DNA from: Ignavibacteriota bacterium
Lineage (GTDB): Bacteria > Bacteroidota > Ignavibacteria > UBA10030 > UBA6906
Direction: 5' to 3'
DNA: 64,000 bases
Assembly (NCBI GenBank): GCA_963801355.1
Contig: CAWDEM010000008.1
Location: 2,048,001 to 2,112,000 of the forward strand
Shown here: positions 57,465-64,000 of the stretch, piece by piece
How positions within the stretch are numbered: the stretch's first letter is position 1
Layout of the letters: each line of letters begins with the position of its first letter
Translations under genes and position numbers: made by a program
The notes under the pieces: model-generated
Told to the model about the DNA's origin: nothing
Databases searched by the model: none
The model's input: the letters and a program-made list of their open reading frames with translations, nothing else

Positions 57465-58402
57465 CCGAGCTGTTTCTTGAGCAACACGAACCGGCGTGTC
57501 TCGCGGAAGCCGAACTTGCCGTAGACCTTCGCGGCAAGATCATCAGTCCACATCACCCATGCATCGTGGTGGCCGGCACATCTCATCCGTTCAAGCGTGC
57601 GGGCGAGCAACACGGTGCCGATCCCCTGACCTTGAAACGCTTCCGCGACGCCGAACGGACCGAAGTGCGATCCCTCAAACTGACAGTAGCCAATAATCCC
57701 GCCTGCATGTGTGACGACGGTGATCTGTTCCGGGTGGAAGCTTCCTTCGGTCATTTTGCGGAGATTGCGCCGTTCGACCCTCACCCAGTCGGTAGGCATC
57801 GAGCGCTCGAGAAATCCGAGAAACATAGTAAGATCCGTCCGGCGGTAGGTTCTGATTTCGATGCCTCCAGCGCGCAGGGCGAGCTCTTTCTCCCGTATAG
57901 CCTGCGAAGGATGAAACTTGACGATCGGCGCATCCATGCTGAGAGCTTCGTGAAACGGTACGTATCCCCGCTGCTCCAGATATCGCAGCAGAGGCGCAGA
58001 GGCGTGCTTGTCGATCCCCGGCGTGAAGTAGGCCGGAGGGTAGTTCGCGATGGAACATGCGATTTTTCCCCGGCCGGCAAAGCGCCGCTCCAGTTCTCCC
58101 AGGAGCGCGTCGCCGACACCCGCTAGATCAGCGTCCGGATCAACGGCAACGACCGTGATCCACGATGCTGTCCCTTGCGGATCCGCATCGCCGAGCGGCA
58201 TGCGCTGCGCTATATATCCGATCACAAATCCCGCCAGGCGATCTCCCTCATGTGCAAGAAGAAAGCAGCCGGGATCGAAGTTCTCGTCGAGAAGGACGCG
58301 GGATTCGAAGATGGCTTCCGATGGCACGTCAAGGGGAAGAGCCCGTGCCCACAACGCGAGGATTCCCCCCCGTGCGTCGTCTGTGTACTGTGAGATGGTC
58401 AT
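57461..58402 (-). CDS. Tandem-domain GNAT N-acetyltransferase (paralogue)
   Basis: FGPFGVAEAFQGQGIG, VYGKFGF; shares Y.P.Y..PG.D and W..WT motifs with the neighbouring GNAT. Confidence 0.9.
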   Translation of the reverse strand: MTISQYTDDARGGILALWARALPLDVPSEAIFESRVLLDENFDPGCFLLAHEGDRLAGFVIGYIAQRMPLGDADPQGTASWITVVAVDPDADLAGVGDALLGELERRFAGRGKIACSIANYPPAYFTPGIDKHASAPLLRYLEQRGYVPFHEALSMDAPIVKFHPSQAIREKELALRAGGIEIRTYRRTDLTMFLGFLERSMPTDWVRVERRNLRKMTEGSFHPEQITVVTHAGGIIGYCQFEGSHFGPFGVAEAFQGQGIGTVLLARTLERMRCAGHHDAWVMWTDDLAAKVYGKFGFRETRRFVLLKKQLG

Positions 58403-58420
58403 ACTGTTCCGGCCGGGTTG

Positions 58421-59446
58421 CTAGTGACTGATGGCCACGGAGATGAAGTGGCGTGATCCGAGAATTCCGAAGGGTTCGTACGCATAGTCGATGCGCACGG
58501 GGAATCCGGAAATCTCCTGGGACACGCCCACGCCGGCGCTCCACCCACGCTCGTCATAATTCGTTGCATACCCGACACGGGCGGTGAACTTGCCGAGAAA
58601 ACAGTACTCGGCCCCGAATTTCGCCTTTTCACCGAAATCACGCGGATGCCGTGACTCGAAGCAGACAACAAACGCATGGGTCGAGTCTTCATCCATGAAG
58701 AAACCCAGCGGTCTGACGGTGACGCCGAAACTCACAACAAAGGGAAGCGGAAATGCCTCGTTCTCGTATGTCAGTTCCCTGGAAATATTTTGCAGGACAG
58801 CGCCGAAGGTGATGCCGTTGCTCAGGAACTCGTAGTATGCGCCGACGTCCAGCCCGAGTACATCCTTGGCGTAGTTGCGCTGATCGAGCGCAAGCGCCGA
58901 ATCGGAAAGTGACGAACCGGCCGTTGAAACCCAGGCGTCCCCGAGATTCTGACGGGCGTATTTCGCATGGATGCCGTAGGAAAAGTGGTCGGAGACTTTT
59001 TGCGAGAACGCTAGACCTATTGCCATCGCCGTGGGCGTGAACGTCCCCGTCTCTTCGTAGCCCTGACTGTTCGCCGAACGTACGGTGCCATAGAAAGTCC
59101 CGTAATCCATGGACAGCACACTGAATCCCAGCACGCCGAAATCCAGGAGCCGGATTCCACCCGCCACGGCGTTGTAGTTGATGTCGGCAATGCCTTCCGT
59201 GTGGTTCATCGAGACTTCAATGTCGCGGGGCATCCAGCTGAGCAGCGCGGGATTCCAGAAGATGCTGTTGGCGGAGAATGTGTTCACGACACCCACAGAT
59301 CCTCTTCCCACTACTTCGGCCGAGACGGGATTCTCCAGGAAACGGAAACCCACCTGTGCCCTTTTCACAAACTGCGCCTGCAGCAGGCCATGGGACGCCC
59401 CACAGACGAACAGGGTCAACATGATCAATCTTGTTCTGGTAGACAT
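58421..59446 (-). CDS. PorV/PorQ family (UPF0164, FadL-like) outer membrane beta-barrel
   Basis: Signal peptide, GFRFLENPVSAEVVGRG, SIFWNPALL, alternating beta strands, IDYAYEPFGILGSRHFISV. Confidence 0.85.
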   Translation of the reverse strand: MSTRTRLIMLTLFVCGASHGLLQAQFVKRAQVGFRFLENPVSAEVVGRGSVGVVNTFSANSIFWNPALLSWMPRDIEVSMNHTEGIADINYNAVAGGIRLLDFGVLGFSVLSMDYGTFYGTVRSANSQGYEETGTFTPTAMAIGLAFSQKVSDHFSYGIHAKYARQNLGDAWVSTAGSSLSDSALALDQRNYAKDVLGLDVGAYYEFLSNGITFGAVLQNISRELTYENEAFPLPFVVSFGVTVRPLGFFMDEDSTHAFVVCFESRHPRDFGEKAKFGAEYCFLGKFTARVGYATNYDERGWSAGVGVSQEISGFPVRIDYAYEPFGILGSRHFISVAISH

Positions 59447-59472
59447 CAGAACCTCCGGTTCCGGTCGAGGAG

Positions 59473-61590
59473 TTATCGTACAATCACGAACTTCACAAAC
59501 TGATTGTCGAGCGGGCGATCATTGGGATCCCGGCAATCCGTCACGGCAAGGACATAGATACCGCTGCTGACATACTGGTTGTCTTCGGTGCGCTGATTCC
59601 ACTCGTGATCAGCGGTCCCGTAGTGCTCGATCATCTTGACGAGGTCGCCGGTCTCCGTAAAAATGCGCAGCGTGCATTTGATGGGGAGATTGAAAAAAGA
59701 AATCTTGTCAGGTGTCCCGCCGACCAACGCTCTGCCCGCAGCGATGGTCGCAGGATTCGGCACGACGCGGACTCCTTCGGATGTATTCATGCCGGGCTTG
59801 AATGCCACCGCAGGAAGCCTGGAACGGGTGGCAAACCGCGAGCTTTCGAGACGCACACCCGTGTCGATTCCGCTGGTGTTCTGTGTGCCATTGTCGACCG
59901 CGGTTACTGCATAGTAGTAATCCACACCGCGCTGGACGGACTGATCCACATATGTCGTCAGGGTGCGGTCTGTGGTTTCGAAGACGAGTTCCCAGCGCGC
60001 ACCACTCTTCTGGTCAAGGGGATCATTGATGTAATATGCACCGCGTTTGCGGTAGACACGCCAGGCCTGCCAGTCGTTGACGCCGGTCACCGCATCGAGG
60101 AAATACTCAGGTGAGGGATACGCCCATTTGACGGTGATGATGTCCGGGCCCGACGTGACCTCGATATCCGGCGGCGGCGGTGACGCTGGAACCGCAGAAC
60201 CCTTGCTGAGGCGGTCCCACGCCCAGTTGGCCCTGTCCAGGACATTCCAGAGTGAGTCGCATCCGGTGAGAATCCACGCCTTTTTCGCGGAATCGGTAAG
60301 CTGACCGGCAATCCAGAGCCGCCCGAGCGAATCCGACTTCTTCCAGTCCAGGCCGCCAACCCCCACCGCATACACGAATGTGAGCGAATCAATCCGCCCT
60401 TGCTGCCTGTTCTTGGTCAGCTCGTACGGCCCCGTGGTGATGAAACGCATCGGCCCTTTCTGTGGCGTGGAGGTAAGAAACGCGCTGATCGGATCCAGGG
60501 GGAATCTGCCTCGCGCATCATCACCCCTGTACGTCTGCCGCAATCCGACATCCCGTCGTCCCCAGACATCGCTCACAATCGAAGCATGCGGGAGCGCGTA
60601 TGGCTGCGCCGGATCGTCCGTCCTGTCAGTGGAGGCCTTGTCCGCGTGGAGAAGTGTATAGCCGGGAATTTGTGTGGAAGACAGAAACCCGGTGATCCGG
60701 TCGGGATCACCGGTGTCGTCATGGGAGCCGTTCGGGTACGGCGCAGAAGCAGGATTCCAGGCATCCCAGTAATATGCGACGGCGAGCGAGTCGCGCGGCC
60801 GGGAGGGGACGAGCGCCGACTTCCGTTTGAACCAGCTGTCAAGATCATCCTCGCCTTCATACGCGAAACCACCGATGACGTTCCGCTCTCCCGCTTTCGA
60901 TGGACCGAAGCTGAATGCGAGAGGCCACCAGAAGCGTATCGTCTGATCGGGCAGAGTATCTTTCGAAGTCGAGGACGACCGCGGAAGCTTGATCTCCCCG
61001 GTGAACTTGTGCGTGGCCTTCCAGATCAGGTAGTCCGCGTGCAGCGGGTTGCTGAAGCCGAAGATTTCCACGTGACTCCGGATGCCGAACTGCGCGCAGA
61101 CATCCTCGAATTCGATCTTGATGTCGGATGTCAACGCCGGATCCACCTTCCAGCGGTAGGGAGCATCGAGCTGGATGCCGTCCACGATGACGTGCGGCGG
61201 GCGGTAACGGCGGGTTTCAAGGGCCCAGTCGGTGGCGCCGAAGTTGGTCAGCGCATCCCCGCGTGTGTACATGTCGTGCTTCACGCCGTTCTCATCCAGT
61301 ATGCCGGGATCATCCAGCGATACGGGGTTGAAGATCTGATACAGCATGTTCGATTGCCACCAATCCGCCGGCCAGTAGAATATCTCCGTGGATTGACGGT
61401 CGGCTCCCGTGAGGTTCCAGCTGAACTGGGACTGCAATCCGCCGTCACCCATCAGCTTGTTCATGCTCAGGCGGATGTTCCCCACGTCGAAGGACATAGG
61501 CGAGGGATTGTAGTTGCGATCCTGTGCATCCATCGTCGGGGCCCCGAGCAGCATCGCGCCGACGAGGAGACCGGGAAGAGTTGCTTTCAT
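59473..61590 (-). CDS. Exported protein with FN3-like domain and atypical T9SS-like sorting tail
   Basis: Signal peptide; SPPPP linker; ITVKW...YYYAVTAVD; tail VRVVPNP...ISFFNLPIKCTLRIFTETGDLVKMIEH...SSGIYVL...KFVIVR. Confidence 0.8.
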   Translation of the reverse strand: MKATLPGLLVGAMLLGAPTMDAQDRNYNPSPMSFDVGNIRLSMNKLMGDGGLQSQFSWNLTGADRQSTEIFYWPADWWQSNMLYQIFNPVSLDDPGILDENGVKHDMYTRGDALTNFGATDWALETRRYRPPHVIVDGIQLDAPYRWKVDPALTSDIKIEFEDVCAQFGIRSHVEIFGFSNPLHADYLIWKATHKFTGEIKLPRSSSTSKDTLPDQTIRFWWPLAFSFGPSKAGERNVIGGFAYEGEDDLDSWFKRKSALVPSRPRDSLAVAYYWDAWNPASAPYPNGSHDDTGDPDRITGFLSSTQIPGYTLLHADKASTDRTDDPAQPYALPHASIVSDVWGRRDVGLRQTYRGDDARGRFPLDPISAFLTSTPQKGPMRFITTGPYELTKNRQQGRIDSLTFVYAVGVGGLDWKKSDSLGRLWIAGQLTDSAKKAWILTGCDSLWNVLDRANWAWDRLSKGSAVPASPPPPDIEVTSGPDIITVKWAYPSPEYFLDAVTGVNDWQAWRVYRKRGAYYINDPLDQKSGARWELVFETTDRTLTTYVDQSVQRGVDYYYAVTAVDNGTQNTSGIDTGVRLESSRFATRSRLPAVAFKPGMNTSEGVRVVPNPATIAAGRALVGGTPDKISFFNLPIKCTLRIFTETGDLVKMIEHYGTADHEWNQRTEDNQYVSSGIYVLAVTDCRDPNDRPLDNQFVKFVIVR

Positions 61591-61615
61591 GGTTCGATCC
61601 TGTCAAATGACCACG

Positions 61616-64000
61616 TTAAAGATTCAATCGGACTCCAAATATGATCCGTCGCGGATTCAAGAAGATCGGTGCCGTCAGCCACCCGGTCTTGATATGATTG
61701 TCGTCGGATGCATATTGGCCCCAGAGGTCGTCTCCTCCCTTGTCCGGGGTTCGCAAAGAATTCTTGTACTCGCTGTATTGTGTCTGGAGCATGTTGCTGA
61801 CGGTCAGGAATTTATTGTTGGTGAGATTCTTGACGGTGATGACCAGTTCCAGCGAGCCATAGGGCGTGGCAAACACCTTTGAGCCGCGGAAGTCTATATT
61901 CCAGTAGTTCACCGCATCGACGTAATTCCGCAGCTTGACGTCAGGTTCTTCCGGATTCAGCAGCACGCGGCCGCCGCTGCGCCAATCAAACAGGAAATTC
62001 GCGAAGAGCCCTCCGAGCCCGGGCCAGTTGATGCCCAGGAATTCCGGGCTGAAATCCGCGGGCGTATGGAGATTGAGGTTGATGTTCGCCCGCGGGCGCG
62101 GTTCCGACGTGTAGAGATTCGGCGATCGCAATTCCCTGTCGCGGGCGAGAAGCCGGTCTTCATAGACCTGCGCAAGTCCCGCCTGGCCCGAGCTGGACAC
62201 CATGTAGTCGTACATCGCGCTGAAGGTGAAGAACTGCCCCACCGGCCGCTCGAGGCGCAGTTCGACGCCACGCACATCACCATAGCCATCGGGTTCGTAT
62301 TCGGCGACAATGTTGTCGCCATAGTAGTTGATGTAGCTCCGGCTCAACGGCTCGTTCGAGATATCCTTGTAATACGCCGTCACGTTCACGAGGTAGTCGG
62401 AAAGGAACATCTGCTCGTAGCCGAACTCGTAGGAGATCGTCCGTCCCATTTCAAGCCCGGGGGTAGGCACAACCACCGAGCCCGGGTCTACCTTCATATT
62501 GTACATGAAGGCAATCGCGGGACGCTGGTAGAAGTGCCCGTAATTGAAGTACATTTTGCTGCTCTCGGTGATCGGGAATGATACTCCGAGGCGGGGAGAA
62601 ATGTGCGCCTGGACCGGATTCGCCGAGCGCGGCCACCCCGGCGGATCCTCCAGGAGGCCGCGGAACGCGAGCCACCGTTCGTAACTCATCCCGGCCCCCG
62701 GCAGATTCTGGTAGATCTCGTTGTAGAAACGCGCATAATCCTCGTCTGCCGGGAATCCCGCGACAAAACCCTCCTTCATGGGATTGAGATAATCCAGGCG
62801 GAGGCCGGCATTCAGGATCATCCCTTCAAATTCAAGTTTGTCCTGAATGTACGCCCCGATTTCCAGAGGCGTGACATTATAGTATTCCCATGTATCAGGG
62901 GTGTAGGCAACCTGCGACTGGAACCATGTTCCGGTGTACACGAAAAGGTGTTGTAAACGGGCGGAGAAGCCCGCCTCGAACTGATGATGCCGCCCCATCT
63001 GGGCGGTGAGGTCGCCTTTGAGCTGATACACCCACGAATGGGAGGAGTCGACGCGTTGCGGACCGCCGAACATGGTGAACGTATTCAGAGCGTCGTAGCC
63101 GTAGTTGGTGGAACCGCTCGGACTTCCGAGGTTCGGCACGTTGTAGCGTATATCCCGCTTCAGACGGCTGCTGTAGAATGTGACCCAGGCGTCTGCACGG
63201 TTCGTGTCAAGCGAGAATGGCGCAAGACCCTGATCGGTATAGCCGACCTGGAGATCAACGGTGTAGAAAGCACTCGGCGAGACGGTATGTGTGAACCTGG
63301 CTCCACCGACGATGTATCGTTGATCATAGTACTGAAGCCGGCTGAGGTTGAACAATTGGGGAAAATTCCCTCCGCCCACCAGCGCAGCCTGCTGCCGCAC
63401 CGCAGTCTCGTTGCTGCCGAGGAATCCAAAACTCGTCGCCTGGTCTATCAGGGCGCCACCGTAGCTTGACACTCCGCTCGAACTCGAGGTCTGCACCTTC
63501 GCGTACAGACCATTGATCGAGAGGCGCATGTTGTCGCTCAACGTACTTGTCAGTTTCAGCTGACCGTTCCAGTCAACATAGTTATCGCGCGGTCCGATGG
63601 GAAAAGCCAGTTGCGAGTTCTCATATTTGAATCCGAGCATGAAGGTGGTGCGCTCCGCAAACTCGCCAAACAGAAAGTCACCGGGGAACGGACCCGTCAG
63701 CGTGCCTTCGATGAAGTAGTCCGGCGAGGCCGCGACCCTGTATTGGGGGTGCTGCAACCGCCAGAGCTGCAGTTTCTGTGTTGAATCGAGTTCGCGGGGG
63801 ACCGTCGATGCATCCGCCCAGCCGCGGAAATTACGAAACTCCACCGGGATCGTCGTGTCGGATGCGCTCACGCCTTGCATGGCATACTCCCCGGAGTAGA
63901 TCCGGTAAATCCATGATGCATCGCTCCATGGATCGTCTCCGGGACTGCCCTTGAAGAACCGTGCTTGCCCTGCAGGTGCCACGTCGGCCTTCAGTGACAG
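61616..64000 (-). CDS. TonB-dependent receptor (5' end outside the window)
   Basis: GAYIQDKLEFEGMILNAGLRLD, ISPRLGVSFPI, YFNYGHFYQ, YEFG, KNLTN, PRRIIFGVRLNL; the frame stays open to the window edge. Confidence 0.9.
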   Translation of the reverse strand: MSLKADVAPAGQARFFKGSPGDDPWSDASWIYRIYSGEYAMQGVSASDTTIPVEFRNFRGWADASTVPRELDSTQKLQLWRLQHPQYRVAASPDYFIEGTLTGPFPGDFLFGEFAERTTFMLGFKYENSQLAFPIGPRDNYVDWNGQLKLTSTLSDNMRLSINGLYAKVQTSSSSGVSSYGGALIDQATSFGFLGSNETAVRQQAALVGGGNFPQLFNLSRLQYYDQRYIVGGARFTHTVSPSAFYTVDLQVGYTDQGLAPFSLDTNRADAWVTFYSSRLKRDIRYNVPNLGSPSGSTNYGYDALNTFTMFGGPQRVDSSHSWVYQLKGDLTAQMGRHHQFEAGFSARLQHLFVYTGTWFQSQVAYTPDTWEYYNVTPLEIGAYIQDKLEFEGMILNAGLRLDYLNPMKEGFVAGFPADEDYARFYNEIYQNLPGAGMSYERWLAFRGLLEDPPGWPRSANPVQAHISPRLGVSFPITESSKMYFNYGHFYQRPAIAFMYNMKVDPGSVVVPTPGLEMGRTISYEFGYEQMFLSDYLVNVTAYYKDISNEPLSRSYINYYGDNIVAEYEPDGYGDVRGVELRLERPVGQFFTFSAMYDYMVSSSGQAGLAQVYEDRLLARDRELRSPNLYTSEPRPRANINLNLHTPADFSPEFLGINWPGLGGLFANFLFDWRSGGRVLLNPEEPDVKLRNYVDAVNYWNIDFRGSKVFATPYGSLELVITVKNLTNNKFLTVSNMLQTQYSEYKNSLRTPDKGGDDLWGQYASDDNHIKTGWLTAPIFLNPRRIIFGVRLNL

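Noticed and set aside
42245-64000. One continuous 22-kb minus-strand operon
   Set aside because: Internal consensus promoters at 48532-48560 and 44665-44693 and a hairpin after serA indicate at least three transcription units, so the functional linkage is only inferred.

Overview
GC-rich, gene-dense bacterial chromosomal segment with about 46 CDS. I found no rRNA, tRNA, CRISPR array, integrase or transposase. Type IX secretion (T9SS) sorting tails (YPNPFNP) and a PorV-like gene occur together with canonical sigma70 promoters (TTGACA-17-TAnnnT), which suggests a non-Bacteroidia member of the FCB group (Ignavibacteria-like; inference). The left part holds a GH31, a sphingomyelin-synthase-like PAP2 gene, a TetR-TolC-MFP-RND operon with two visible operators, an OmpR-type two-component module, an Fe-S D-lactate dehydrogenase-like gene, T9SS cargo and several peptidases. 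The middle holds pduO, mntP, a UroD-family gene, qNor and a csp gene. The most notable part is a tightly packed minus-strand operon (48627 to beyond 64000). In transcription order it encodes a TonB-dependent receptor, an atypical-CTD surface protein, a PorV paralogue, two tandem-GNAT acetyltransferases, a clan GH-A-like hydrolase, a Na+:solute symporter, an unannotated 48-aa membrane protein, a glycyl-radical activase, trans-4-hydroxy-L-proline dehydratase HypD and SerA. The hydrolase has rewired catalytic motifs (NE to DE, nucleophile E to G). An amino-sugar salvage block follows (GHMP kinase, nucleotidyltransferase, symporter, T9SS-NagZ, ChbG). This reads as a SusD-independent utilisation locus linking glycan/amino-sugar handling to anaerobic hydroxyproline catabolism. 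All functional calls come from motif recognition by eye; no database searches were run.
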